Shown here piece after piece: positions 40,995-52,052 of a stretch of 64,000 nucleotides of DNA (the stretch's first letter is position 1; each line of letters starts with the position of its first letter). The notes under the pieces are model-generated. The model did not search any database, had not been told where the DNA came from, and saw only the letters and a list, made by a program, of their open reading frames with translations. The position numbers and the translations under genes are program-made. The DNA is from Giardia intestinalis (Eukaryota), in assembly GCA_000002435.2 (NCBI GenBank), contig CM018793.1. One strand, 5' to 3'.

Positions 40995-43759
40995 GTCACG
41001 GAATTCAGTGGAACACAGCGACCAACGGAAGCGAGATCGCATCCTCGAGCCGCACCGGAGACCCGTTGATGCAGCATCCGCCCCCAGCAAGCACGACTGA
41101 GGAAGCCCAGCGCTGGCTTTCCTTGCTGTGGGAAGGCATAAGTGTATACATAGATAATGAGTGCATCCATTGCTACATTAACCCAGCTGGCGCTTGTAGC
41201 CCTTGACACCCGTAGCCACCGTGTCCTGCACCTGACTACTGCCCGAGTGACCATCGTGGGGGACACAGCGATCGTAATGCTCGTGGAGCGGCACGGGGCC
41301 GGCTCTAGGATCACCCCGCCATCCAGGCAAATGCGTACCATGAAAGGCCTCTTGTTGCCACCGTCCGAGGCTCACAGGATTGCAGGGCTCAGGCAGCCTC
41401 TGTCCCATGAGTGAGACTGGCCTCGCCCGGCGCCTCCAGCACTCTGCCAATAGCTGGCAGACAAGCGTGCACAATGGACTTAGATGGAGTGGATAAGGGA
41501 CAGCAACGCAAGACGACCAAGTAGGCGTTGACAGTACAAACACTGCCAGCCCTCGGTCAGAGAGCAGGCGTCTGGGAAAGGTGAGGGTTGCTTGTTACTC
41601 TACACCTTAACGGCCAGGCTCAACAGTAGTCACTGTTTGAGAGCTCTATTTGAAGGCACTGTAAGTGGGGTTCTTTGCCCTCCTGGATGTTGATCCCAGG
41701 AACGTGTTGCCTGATTGTTTGTCTCTGCATCGGAGTCGTTGCTAACGGCCGTCCTGGTGCAGCAAGGGGCCCATACAAGAACCATGTGCCGGGCACTACT
41801 CAAGAACAGAACAGATATCGTTGCTACTCATAGGCTTAGACCGATTTTCCGAAGCGGCAGATGTTAAGGGCAAGGACGGGGCCTGTTTCCGAGTCCCTAA
41901 TTCGAGAGTTTGTGTGAGGACCACAGCACTCTGTTAGACCTTCCTGGAAGAGGACATCCACACATATCCTTGACTCCAATCCACGTCAAAGAACGCCCAG
42001 CGGCTGCCATAGCAGTTGGGCAATGCCATCACTCCTTGCTCAGAGCTACCCATCGTTGGTGATAAGCAGCTAGCGACAGGGAAAAGCTTCTTTAGACTTC
42101 TGATTGCGCCTCAACGTTTTCAAGCCCCCCTATCGTTTTGCTGAGCCCAGGCTTCGCTGGTCTGGTGTGCTTGTATCCGTTCCAAAGCATGCTTGAAGTG
42201 GCGGCCAAGTGCTAGGCTTCATGTAGCTACCTCAGGCCACAGTGCTCGTGCGCAATAAGCAGAGTCTCCGGTCCACTGGCCACTACTCTTGCTACTCGTA
42301 AGCCTGCTCAGTGAGTGGCTATGGCAGGATCCTCCGCAAATGCGTATCTTTTGATACTTATTTCCACATGCACAGAGAAAGGTGTAGTGTAACTAGTCAA
42401 GGCATCTGCTGCTCAGCGTCCTCGCCGTGAGGGTCTACTGCATACCCCTTCAGCAGATGCTGATTAATGTGCCAGATACAACTACATCCTCAGACTGTCA
42501 GCTGTGCACGTGGTAGCTTCAGGCCATCCTCTAGCACTGTTCCAATGCCGCAGAATCTGGATGGGACATCCCGACTACAAGCGCAGCGCAAGGCTAGCGC
42601 ATTATGTCCAGCACTCTCCTACACCGCAGTTGGCTCCAGCGGCTATTGCCCTGGACTTACGTTTGGAGATAGGATGATCTGTACCCATCAGTGTGGATGA
42701 GCCATTGTCAGCCATTGTAGAAACGCTCAGAGTCAACGTAGGCAACATATTGATAGGCCGTAATGGATTGCTGGGCAGTCGTGGTACCCGGCAGCGCACT
42801 TTATGGAGCTGTGGCAAGTGAATACGCTGACTTCCGATTCACCCATCTATTAGGGTCCAGACACTTCAAATGGATATGCGGTATATGCTAGCCACGGTTC
42901 AGACTGCCAGCTGCATGGATCCTGTGACTGGCCATTAGACATCTTTAATGTGGTTGTAACACAGTGAAGTGGTACTATATACGTTTGCTGGCGATCATCC
43001 GCTATGCACAAATGTACCCGTCGGAGGCCAGTGTATCGGTCACTTTCTGCTGCGAAGGGAATGCTTAGCCGCTAGCACAGCCGATTCTCTACACCCTACT
43101 GATGGCTGTTTTGCGTATATCAGGCTTGGTATCCGCAAGCAGAGTATCCAGTTAGCAACAGACCAGGGTTATGTTCATCGGAGCAGATGATCAAGCGCCA
43201 GAGCTGGATTGTCAAGTCCCAGAAGGTGCCACCTCTTCTGGAACGCCCCTACAAAAGCAAGAACCCGACAGCGGAGTTGTGAGGAACTCGAAGTAGAGCT
43301 AGGTGAGAGTCTTAAAAGTCCATAGTGGTGGGGCTGACCGAGGCTTATAGGAACTAGTGATGAGCAGGTTCACAAAGATAGCCACTTAAGTTCAAGGTCT
43401 TCTAACGTTTCAATCTTTTCTGCATCTGTTTATATATTAGTAAAGAGGGTAAGAAGGAGTGTGCTCACCACCTACAGTACTTGGCTAGCTATACCTCCTA
43501 GAATTAGTATTATAGTGAGGTCTAGTGGATCCTTTATCTGCACTATCACTGTAAAATGGAGTACATGTTTGAATTCATGAATCAAAATTTCTGATCCCTT
43601 GATCTAGTAGATGCACTTATTAGCTGCATATCAAGATAACCAAAGTCCGGTAGAGAGGACTATTATACTCACCGTTATAACCTTACTCAATTTCAAAATT
43701 TGGCAGGACTCCTTAATTTCCTTGTTGACACAAAGCCCATAAACTCAATTAAAGAGAAT

Positions 43760-46558
43760 ATGTCAACAGAAAGGCACACAGAGGCAGCTCTTGCAAAGTG
43801 GTTTCAGTCCATAGTTGTCCAAGATTATGAGTATATTCTTGCCAATCTTCGTATGGCCAAATCGTGCAATAGCGAAGGTCATACCGCGCTTCACCTTGCC
43901 GTTCGCGCAAATGATTTGCAAATGGTACATATATTAACCCCACACGAAGCTGGATGCTTGAACAATGAGGGCAGCACGGCCCTATTGATAGCTGCTTCCT
44001 TGAACTATTCAGGCATATGCAAAGCCCTAATTCCTTATGAGAAAGCCATATGCACGCCTGATGGTAGAAATGCCCTCATGGTTGCCGCAGAGTGTGGTTC
44101 TGTTGACGCATTAAGGGCATTACTTAGTGCATACCAAATCGCCAGGGACCCCTCTGGTACGTCTGAGCTAGATTATGCGGTCCTGTCCGGTAGTGTTGAT
44201 TGTGTTGGTTTACTTTTGCAAAGCTATGGATACTCTCCGGATGATCTCAAGATTGCACTCCACCTCGCGCGAAAGCGACAGTCCCGGGAAATAATAAGTG
44301 TGTTGGAGCATGCTTGTGTCAACCGTATGGCATGCTCTACTAAGACTTCCAGCCACATGCACGCCGCCCCTGCCCTTTCAAAGCGCCCGTCTAGCGCAAA
44401 GCTCATCAACACAGCCACCGCAGCAGCTGTTGCCACTGTTGCCACCTCAACTGCAAGTCGGAATCTCATTTCTTTTGCGTCTGAAATCAATAAAATAGCA
44501 ACGTCACCCAAGCCATCTCTATCGAGAGTGCCAAGTGCACGACTGAGGCGCAGCTCTGAAGTTTTCAATCTCCATGAGTACGACAATAACATAAACGATA
44601 ACATTACACAATTGAGACAAGACGTACTCACTGCAACTGTCAGAACAAATGAAATACTTGAACTAGCAGATTGTGCACTCGATAAACCGTGTGTGGATAT
44701 TCATTACAACGAGAAAGACACTAAACCGCTTGAGCAACAACAGTCTACACGTAAATCCCACTCTGGAGGCTATCTTCTGAGCCAGTCTTCTTCCCAGACC
44801 CTTGCTAGAATTCTTAATTTAGAAAGAAAGGGGCTAGCGTCATCATATTTGCAATCACAGGATTCAAGGCAGTCACTAAATGTGTCGCAAGAGGAGGCAA
44901 TCAAACAGGAGCTAGATAGATTAACTGCGCGGCGGACACGGCTTACACGATCCTTGAAGGAGACGTGCGAGTATAATAAGTATTTTGCAGGCTCGACTAG
45001 TACCTTAGAACAAAAGTCTGATCAGACAATAAGGTCTTTAGAACATGAGCTCTTTGTTATTGATGAACGAATCAAAGAATTAGTGCGAGATTTGGATAGG
45101 ATAAGCATACAAACAGTAGAAGGCGCTATTTCACCCATTCCACAACATACTGATAAACCTGCATGTTTACCCTTACCACAGGCAGACTCTCCATTTGGTT
45201 CCGCTGCACATCAAGAACAGAGGAATGAACAGGATCTATTGAAAGAGAGTTTAACCATTGATGATATTAGGACAACAGGGAGACCAAAGAGTGCACGACT
45301 ACAAAAGAACTTGAAAGAGCTTCGTGATAGCTGTGCTTCAGTGAAGGGAACAATACAGGCGAGTGAGATTCTTAGTACCATTGAGCGCGTCGCCAGTAAG
45401 ATCTATGGTATAGAAACTAATAGCAGCGTAGGCGTACACCTACAGGCATCCATCTCTCGCTCACAAGCAGCCTTAGCCCAAACTGCCGGGATAAGTGAGC
45501 AAATCCAGTGCTTGAAGCGTAAGGCAGAGGTTGAGGCATCTATGAAGAACTTGGAGACTAATTATGCAGGTATCCTCCAACAGTCACGCTACACACAAGA
45601 TGCAGAAGGGGCTGGGCGACTATTAAGCTCACAGTACACCAAACTATCAGCTGAAAAAGCAGAGCTGATAAGAAACACTCATACAGATGATCGACCTGTC
45701 AGTAAGATTTTCAAGGAAAAGGTTATTTCCCCTGAGAGGCGCCATGAGCTCCTTCATAGGACGCTTAGCGAGAGACGAGATCAATGTCTTCTTTCAGATC
45801 CTAGTAAGACGCCGCTGATGCAGTCTGTGCTTAGAAAGAGTATCACAGACTGCAAGAGTAACCTGCAAGATGCAGGAAAAGCCGACGGGGATCGTTGCAC
45901 TGCGTTGATGTTGGCTGCCACAAATGGCTTCTCTGCTGCAGTCCAACTTTTAGTACCCTTTGAGCAGCGCATGCAAGATAAGTATGGCCAAACGGCTCTT
46001 ATGAAGGCTGCAATTGCAAACAGTCCAGAGGTCGCCCTTATCTTAAGGGAGCACGAGGCAGGAATAAAAGATCATGAGGGTCATACAGCATTGTACTATG
46101 CTCTTCTAAGTCGTAATATGGTTGTCGCAGAAATTTTAAAGGAGTATGAAGGAACATACTCTGCATTTGGATCTCAGACCACTGCTAACAAAACAGAGCT
46201 AATGACTGCCGCGGAAAAGAACGATCTCGTGCGTGTTTATTCGTTGCTACCAGCTCAAGGAAGAATGCAGGACTCCAATGGGAAGACGGCTCTTATGTAT
46301 GCCGTTGAAGCAAATGCACTGCCATGCATTCGTCTGCTAGCAGCTAAAGAGTCTGGACTAAGAACAACCGCTTCTCACCCGGAAGGCCCAGATTTTACGG
46401 CCCTGATGTTGGCAGTTAAATCCGGAAATATTGAAGCAGCAGAGATCCTCTTTCCACACGAGAAGCAGATTCGCAGAGCACATGGTCCGAGCATAGAAGC
46501 TTATGCACAAACAGATGCGATGAAAGATCTTGTTGCACGCTATCAGAATGAGCCTTAA
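43760..46558 (+). CDS. Ankyrin-repeat protein of the Giardia 'protein 21.1' family. It has N-terminal and C-terminal ankyrin repeat blocks (GHTALHLAVRANDLQMVHIL...; GDRCTALMLAATNGFSAAVQLL...GQTALMKAAIANSPEVALIL...) with a long coiled-coil middle.
   Basis: Repeated G-x-TAL(M/H)xAA-x-x-G motifs with a periodicity of about 33 aa. I trimmed the track's TTG start at 43700 to the ATG at 43760 (aattaaagagaatATG). Confidence 0.85.
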   Translation: MSTERHTEAALAKWFQSIVVQDYEYILANLRMAKSCNSEGHTALHLAVRANDLQMVHILTPHEAGCLNNEGSTALLIAASLNYSGICKALIPYEKAICTPDGRNALMVAAECGSVDALRALLSAYQIARDPSGTSELDYAVLSGSVDCVGLLLQSYGYSPDDLKIALHLARKRQSREIISVLEHACVNRMACSTKTSSHMHAAPALSKRPSSAKLINTATAAAVATVATSTASRNLISFASEINKIATSPKPSLSRVPSARLRRSSEVFNLHEYDNNINDNITQLRQDVLTATVRTNEILELADCALDKPCVDIHYNEKDTKPLEQQQSTRKSHSGGYLLSQSSSQTLARILNLERKGLASSYLQSQDSRQSLNVSQEEAIKQELDRLTARRTRLTRSLKETCEYNKYFAGSTSTLEQKSDQTIRSLEHELFVIDERIKELVRDLDRISIQTVEGAISPIPQHTDKPACLPLPQADSPFGSAAHQEQRNEQDLLKESLTIDDIRTTGRPKSARLQKNLKELRDSCASVKGTIQASEILSTIERVASKIYGIETNSSVGVHLQASISRSQAALAQTAGISEQIQCLKRKAEVEASMKNLETNYAGILQQSRYTQDAEGAGRLLSSQYTKLSAEKAELIRNTHTDDRPVSKIFKEKVISPERRHELLHRTLSERRDQCLLSDPSKTPLMQSVLRKSITDCKSNLQDAGKADGDRCTALMLAATNGFSAAVQLLVPFEQRMQDKYGQTALMKAAIANSPEVALILREHEAGIKDHEGHTALYYALLSRNMVVAEILKEYEGTYSAFGSQTTANKTELMTAAEKNDLVRVYSLLPAQGRMQDSNGKTALMYAVEANALPCIRLLAAKESGLRTTASHPEGPDFTALMLAVKSGNIEAAEILFPHEKQIRRAHGPSIEAYAQTDAMKDLVARYQNEP

Positions 46559-46607
46559 CACGGACTGCTCTACTTCTTCTACAAACCAGTTAATCCTAAA
46601 GTAAAAT

Positions 46608-49600
46608 ATGGATGATCTGTTTGATTTTCAAAACGGCTTCTCCTTTGGGAGCCTCGATGGCTTGGGTGGTTCTGCAGGCAACGGTGGAGACGAGAAGAAT
46701 GGAGATAAAGCTCCAGATTCCATTGATGAGTATAATTTAGACAATTTTAACATCGACAACTTTTTGGAAGATACTCCAGGTTCAGTACCTGCTAAGGAAG
46801 AGGCTCAGAAGAAATCACAGCCGGTGATAAAAGCACAGGAAAAAGACCCATTTGCTGGGGCTAGCGATCTGTTTGATTTTGGGTCGGACGAAAAACCAGC
46901 CTCAACACAGAAGGACACCCAGCAGACAGCCTCTTTCGGGGCAGGAAAAGAAGATGATATCGTGTGGGGAGATTTTTATCAAGAAGATAGTCCTCGTAAA
47001 TCCCCCGGTATCACGCAAGTAGAGCCAAGAAAGGATTCTCCTGTCAAAAACGGGACAGGGAAGGTAACTGTTTCTAATTCTGCACACTTACCTTCCACTG
47101 CTGAGCAGCATAATGGTACATCTATTGATAAATTCGATGACGATTTTGGAGACGACTTTGGAAATGATTTTGAACCGAATGCTCTAACTGTGCCAGAAGC
47201 CAATCATTTATCGACTGACGTCTCTGAGCCGCGTGCTATAACTCCCAATCCAGAGCCAGAGCAGCTGAGTTCTTCTATGCATAGTCCCCCAAAGGAAACA
47301 TTAAAGCAACTTCCACAAGCACACACTGATGCAGTGACAGATGCGTGGCCTAAAACTGTAAGGAGTACTGGGAGCGTCATTGGAAAGGTCACAGGTTCTC
47401 AGTTCGTTAAGGCGCGGCAGCCCTCTCTTCCCTTCTATGAGGACACTTCTGATGAGGCTGTCCCGGTAAAGAACCCCGAAAATCCATTTACAGTTGCACA
47501 AAAGCCAATCTATTACTCTCCGCCTAAATCAGAGCTAACGACGACTACAGACGAGACCAGTGCATTGACAACAGATGCATCTAGCCATATACAAGCACCG
47601 GCAACAACTCACGTTACTGCCATTCCAGCGTCTAAGCAAGCCCCTTTACCTCCTCGATCCAGAAGTACGTCTCCAACTCACTCCGACACCTTAAAGCGAC
47701 TTCAAGACCAAATGAACGTTATCCTGCACGAGCTTAAGGGTCTCACTGTTGGCCCGGATATGACCCAGCTCACATCTGCTCTGACTTCTGAAATTATAAA
47801 GCATCTACCGAAGGAGACACAACAGGGACATTCCAACAGTTTGCAGGCATCGGATATTCAATCACTGATTCAAAATGCACTTGATCAGACCAAAGAATCT
47901 GCATCAAGCCTTGTAGACCCGACTCCAGCACTTCACGGAATAGAACATAACATGCGCCGTTTGGAGGAGTCCATCGCAACTAAGCTTCAAAGCAAGTTTG
48001 CAGATGATTCTTGTAAGGAGGGTAAGATACTTGATACAATTAAACGATTGGAGCTTCAAATGAGTGGGATACAATCAGAAGTTTCCTCATTGGCTGTTAA
48101 GGCACAGCATTATAAGCAGGTGCACGTGAATGATCCGAATGTCCTGGCCCTAAATGCAGCAATCAACCTCGCCGAGGAGCGTGCGAAGCGCGCAGAAGAT
48201 AGGTACAATGAGTCTATTCAAAAAGTCAGCGACCTTACAGCAGAAGCCAAAAGAGCTATGGAAGAAGCAGAAAGGGCAAAGATAGAAGCCAACACTGCGT
48301 TAACATCAGCTAACCTTAGGGAGGCGAAAGCGAGAGATCTTGAAGAGGAGCTGAATAGACTTATGGAATCACTACACACCAGGGAGCGCAATATTATTGC
48401 CAGAGAGAGTGAGCTCAGAAAGAAGGAGGCCAATCTTCGTGAGCGTAATATTCAGCTGGAGACAGAGATGCTCAAGTTAACTACTCAGAAAGCAGAGCTG
48501 GAGGAACTTAAGGCAAAAGCAGATGCGTCCCGTCAGCTATCTATTTTAGAAAGGAACCAGTTGATTAAAGAGCAGGAAGAGCTTATTAATAACAACATAC
48601 TTCCAAATCCGGCACCAGTCCCCTTATACACAGACCTTCCATATAGACAATACCCCTCTGTTACCACATCACCTCATAATGGTGGCAATGCCTTATCCAT
48701 GTCTGCAATCGCAGCAGAGCCTCAAAAGCGTAGTAAAAGTGCAGCAAGAGAGGACCTTGAACGTGCAGTCAGCAAAGCCGATAAGGCGCTTAAGACTTCT
48801 CGCATACTGAGCACCTCTCAGATGCTTGGAAATCAAAAAGCAGAACCTTTTCTTGTTGATACAACTGCACATTCCTCGTTAGCTGCCTTAGAATACGATC
48901 TTCGCTCCACAGACCCCAAGCGAGAGGCGTTGCGTGTGGCCCGGAAATTTTTACAGGAAAAGGCACTAGCCAAGAGCATGACAGATACCCGGCCACCGAA
49001 GCCTCAGCCTCTGGTTGATACAGCTTCTTTGGCACAGAGCCTGAGCCTTAACAGTAGCAACGGAGCTATGAACTTAACAGCAATGCCTACTCGACCACAC
49101 GCACCTCCCTATGTCATTTCTTCTGGCTCAGAGAAGAGCAACTCTATGGCCAGCTCGCTTCCAAGCAGCCGTACATCATATGTCGAACCCCCCATATTTT
49201 CTGCAGCCACTGCGACTGCATCAATGAGTCAATACCCCTCACAGTTCTCGACACAGCGACCTTCGCTTCCATATTCTAGCAGGCCAACATCCCGGACAAG
49301 CGATAACATAGTGGCGCAAATCGCTGCAATTAATCGACCGTTTACACCAATTACGTTCGATCAATCGCAGTACACACCGGCAGAGGTTATCCGAAAAGCA
49401 TCTTTGGCTACCGTTACCCCAATAGTAGAGGCTCAGAATAGCTTTGCCACACGAACCACAAGCAAGCCCAGTAGCTTTGATATTTCTTCAGGGAGTGCTC
49501 CACTTGGGCCCTTGACATCAGAAACGTCTAAGTCTACCGACATTCCCGTTATGACGGCAGTTTCACAACTTATTCATCGCCAACCCTCAGCTCAACCCCC

Positions 49601-50342
49601 TTCTAACTCTACGTCAACTGAGATTGCTGTTCTCTACGATCAGTCATCTGTTCCAATAGCCACAACTAAAGGAGAAAATCTGGATGTACGGGAGTCCGCA
49701 TCTATTGTCACAGCAGTTCAAAACTTGCCGTCTGCCTCCACCAGCGCAGTAGATCCAGAAGCGTCTAGCTCTCGTAGTGGTAATGAGACAAGCACTCATT
49801 TTGGAACACAGCAGCAAAAGCAGCCTGATCACGCAATGGGCTCAACTGCTGTTCAGCTCCAGCCGCCAACTCAAGACTTGGCCACAGAACCGTCTATGAG
49901 TGCGTCCGCTCCAATCCCCTACCCGACAAATCGAGAAAACCCAATGCTTGCCGTTCAGTCTTCGAAGAGCGACCCGTCAACCTCGGGAAGCATATCTGCA
50001 GTGACGACATACAAGAAACAATCAGCAGGAGAGCAGGAAGTTGGCCACCCAGAGCTGAATTTCAGTTATCCCTACCAAGCACAGGTGGAGCCATATGCAT
50101 TTCTGCCTCAGGTATCTGCATCTCAACCAGGGCTTCTAGATGCGCTGTCAGAATCAAATCAAAACCGCTATTCAACCTCCAGGTTTACTGCCCAGAACGA
50201 GTTCTATGAGTTCAGTCCCCAGATAAGTACCAGTGACTTGGGCTATCCAGCACATAATCCCTTTGCAGACATTAAATATGACCTCGGCCTGTCAAACTTC
50301 AACAGCAACGAGCATTCTACAAGCCCAATGTTTCCATTCTAG
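46608..50342 (+). CDS. Large hypothetical protein of 1,244 aa. It has an acidic N-terminus, a central coiled-coil of about 150 aa (ERAKRAEDRYNESIQKVSDLTAEAKRAMEEAERAKIEANTALTSANLREAKARDLEEELNRL...) and a Ser/Thr/Pro-rich C-terminal half.
   Basis: ATG at 46608 preceded by aaagtaaaatATGg. An uninterrupted 3.7-kb ORF. Confidence 0.8.
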   Translation: MDDLFDFQNGFSFGSLDGLGGSAGNGGDEKNGDKAPDSIDEYNLDNFNIDNFLEDTPGSVPAKEEAQKKSQPVIKAQEKDPFAGASDLFDFGSDEKPASTQKDTQQTASFGAGKEDDIVWGDFYQEDSPRKSPGITQVEPRKDSPVKNGTGKVTVSNSAHLPSTAEQHNGTSIDKFDDDFGDDFGNDFEPNALTVPEANHLSTDVSEPRAITPNPEPEQLSSSMHSPPKETLKQLPQAHTDAVTDAWPKTVRSTGSVIGKVTGSQFVKARQPSLPFYEDTSDEAVPVKNPENPFTVAQKPIYYSPPKSELTTTTDETSALTTDASSHIQAPATTHVTAIPASKQAPLPPRSRSTSPTHSDTLKRLQDQMNVILHELKGLTVGPDMTQLTSALTSEIIKHLPKETQQGHSNSLQASDIQSLIQNALDQTKESASSLVDPTPALHGIEHNMRRLEESIATKLQSKFADDSCKEGKILDTIKRLELQMSGIQSEVSSLAVKAQHYKQVHVNDPNVLALNAAINLAEERAKRAEDRYNESIQKVSDLTAEAKRAMEEAERAKIEANTALTSANLREAKARDLEEELNRLMESLHTRERNIIARESELRKKEANLRERNIQLETEMLKLTTQKAELEELKAKADASRQLSILERNQLIKEQEELINNNILPNPAPVPLYTDLPYRQYPSVTTSPHNGGNALSMSAIAAEPQKRSKSAAREDLERAVSKADKALKTSRILSTSQMLGNQKAEPFLVDTTAHSSLAALEYDLRSTDPKREALRVARKFLQEKALAKSMTDTRPPKPQPLVDTASLAQSLSLNSSNGAMNLTAMPTRPHAPPYVISSGSEKSNSMASSLPSSRTSYVEPPIFSAATATASMSQYPSQFSTQRPSLPYSSRPTSRTSDNIVAQIAAINRPFTPITFDQSQYTPAEVIRKASLATVTPIVEAQNSFATRTTSKPSSFDISSGSAPLGPLTSETSKSTDIPVMTAVSQLIHRQPSAQPPSNSTSTEIAVLYDQSSVPIATTKGENLDVRESASIVTAVQNLPSASTSAVDPEASSSRSGNETSTHFGTQQQKQPDHAMGSTAVQLQPPTQDLATEPSMSASAPIPYPTNRENPMLAVQSSKSDPSTSGSISAVTTYKKQSAGEQEVGHPELNFSYPYQAQVEPYAFLPQVSASQPGLLDALSESNQNRYSTSRFTAQNEFYEFSPQISTSDLGYPAHNPFADIKYDLGLSNFNSNEHSTSPMFPF

Positions 50343-50446
50343 CCAACCCAGTGATGATTGCTGCCGTATTCATCCAAGCCTATAGAATTAAGGTAGTGTG
50401 CCCGAAATGGCAACCAATTAACCTCCGCGCAGAGAAGACAAAACAG

Positions 50447-51877
50447 CTACAATTCCAGGCCTTCCACATCATCACGTCTTTCTGCCCTTCCATCTTCATT
50501 GCGCTTTTCCGTTTTTTTATTCTGCTCATCAATTTCCCTGCTGATCTCGTCGTCAACTTTTCTAACAATCGACTCCACTTTTTCTTTGATCTCGTCAACA
50601 GAGTCTAGCGACGTGATGACGTGCTCTGTCCTTTTCTGGGTAGCGTACTTTTCGTCTATATGCTCAATTATTTTGTTCATATACACTTCCTCTGTGTCTT
50701 TCTCATATAGTGTGATGGAAACAGTTGCCTTTCCAAACCTACCACCACGTCCAATGCGATGAGTGTAAAGGGTAGGGTCTGCCACTTCATCCCCGTTATT
50801 GACCCACTTGACAGGTGGGTTATAGTTGACCACCAGCCTTATAGTAGCGACATCTATTCCTCGAGCCAAGCCATCGGTAGTGATCAAGCAATTGGTTTCG
50901 CGCTTTCTGAACTTTTCAAATTCTGCCATCTTTGCTTCCTTGCTCATGTCTGAGTGGTATCTAGAGCAACTATAGCCAGCGTTTTTCATCACTCGGTAGC
51001 ACTCATCAACAAATTTGCGTGTTTTGCAAAAGATAATGGATTGCGCACCTTTTTTATAGATTTCCAAGTTAATTACTTTGTCCAGGGCAACAGTCTTATC
51101 TGCCTCGGTACAACAGAGAGAAAACTGGACAGAATTTCCTAGGTATATGTTCACGCGCTCCACAAAATACGGGTTGTCAACATCTAGCCACTCCTTAACC
51201 ATCGTATCAACGACCTCACTAGGCATAGTAGCTGAGTAGAGATATCGCCTGGTCTTCTTTGGAGCAATCTCAATAAACTTCGATATCTCATGCTTGTTTT
51301 CAATGAAGTAATCGGCCTCATCAATAATTATTGTATTAATTGCGGTACAGTCAAAGGTTGCCCGTTCTGCTATTCGTGTCTTCCCTTTCACTACTATCTT
51401 TCCGCTGAAATTATTTAAAAGAGAGTGAATTGTCCCGATAACGATATGTGCAGTGGGATTCAATTCGCCTTCATTCAGTTCGTCTTTAGCAAAACAAAGG
51501 CTGACACGGATATTCGACCCCTTGGCAAGATTCTCAGCGACTCCATATATTTGACGACACAAAATTTTCGTGGGAGCAATTATGACGGCCTGTGGAAGAC
51601 TTTTATCTGGTGTGATATGCGACATGGCAACGGTGAGAAACGATATCGTCTTCCCGGTGCCAGTGGGGGCCTCAAGGAGCCCGGAGCGCTTACGATCGCA
51701 CAGGATTGGCTTGATAGCGGCCACCTGTGTCTTAGTGGGCATATGAAAGCCAGATGCGTGCAGTAACTCCATAATAGACTCTGGCACAGACAGCTTCTCC
51801 CAACTCATAGTGTCATCGAACAAGTCAATCTTATCATCAACAGGCAGAAGTGCTGTGTCCTCCTGTTTGTCAGCCAT
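50447..51877 (-). CDS. DEAD-box ATP-dependent RNA helicase (476 aa). Its size and N-terminal extension suggest a Dbp5/DDX19 or eIF4A-related subfamily, but I cannot resolve which.
   Basis: Q-motif (HMPTKTQ), motif I LEAPTGTGKT, Ia PTKILCRQI, II IIIDEADYF, III LYSATMP and VI HRIGRGGRFG are all present and in the right order. Initiator acattaaaaaATGgctgac on the minus strand. Confidence 0.9.
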   Translation of the reverse strand: MADKQEDTALLPVDDKIDLFDDTMSWEKLSVPESIMELLHASGFHMPTKTQVAAIKPILCDRKRSGLLEAPTGTGKTISFLTVAMSHITPDKSLPQAVIIAPTKILCRQIYGVAENLAKGSNIRVSLCFAKDELNEGELNPTAHIVIGTIHSLLNNFSGKIVVKGKTRIAERATFDCTAINTIIIDEADYFIENKHEISKFIEIAPKKTRRYLYSATMPSEVVDTMVKEWLDVDNPYFVERVNIYLGNSVQFSLCCTEADKTVALDKVINLEIYKKGAQSIIFCKTRKFVDECYRVMKNAGYSCSRYHSDMSKEAKMAEFEKFRKRETNCLITTDGLARGIDVATIRLVVNYNPPVKWVNNGDEVADPTLYTHRIGRGGRFGKATVSITLYEKDTEEVYMNKIIEHIDEKYATQKRTEHVITSLDSVDEIKEKVESIVRKVDDEISREIDEQNKKTEKRNEDGRAERRDDVEGLEL

Positions 51878-52052
51878 TTTTTAATGTTCACGCGTGTTTC
51901 TATTTTTTATTAAATATTTATCTCTGCAGAAAATCTTGGCATTTAAGACTTCAGGGCTGTTGAATTTTAGGACCACGGGATAGGCATTGAGGTTTTGTGC
52001 TACTGAACCTCCAATCAAGATTCGCGCCCCTTTGATTTGAGTCGTATCTTCT
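51878..52052. promoter_or_regulatory. AT-rich 175-bp divergent intergenic region between the DEAD-box helicase (minus strand) and the ankyrin/RING gene (plus strand).
   Basis: tttttattaaatatttatctctgcagaaaatc...; both flanking genes are transcribed outward from it. Confidence 0.4.
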
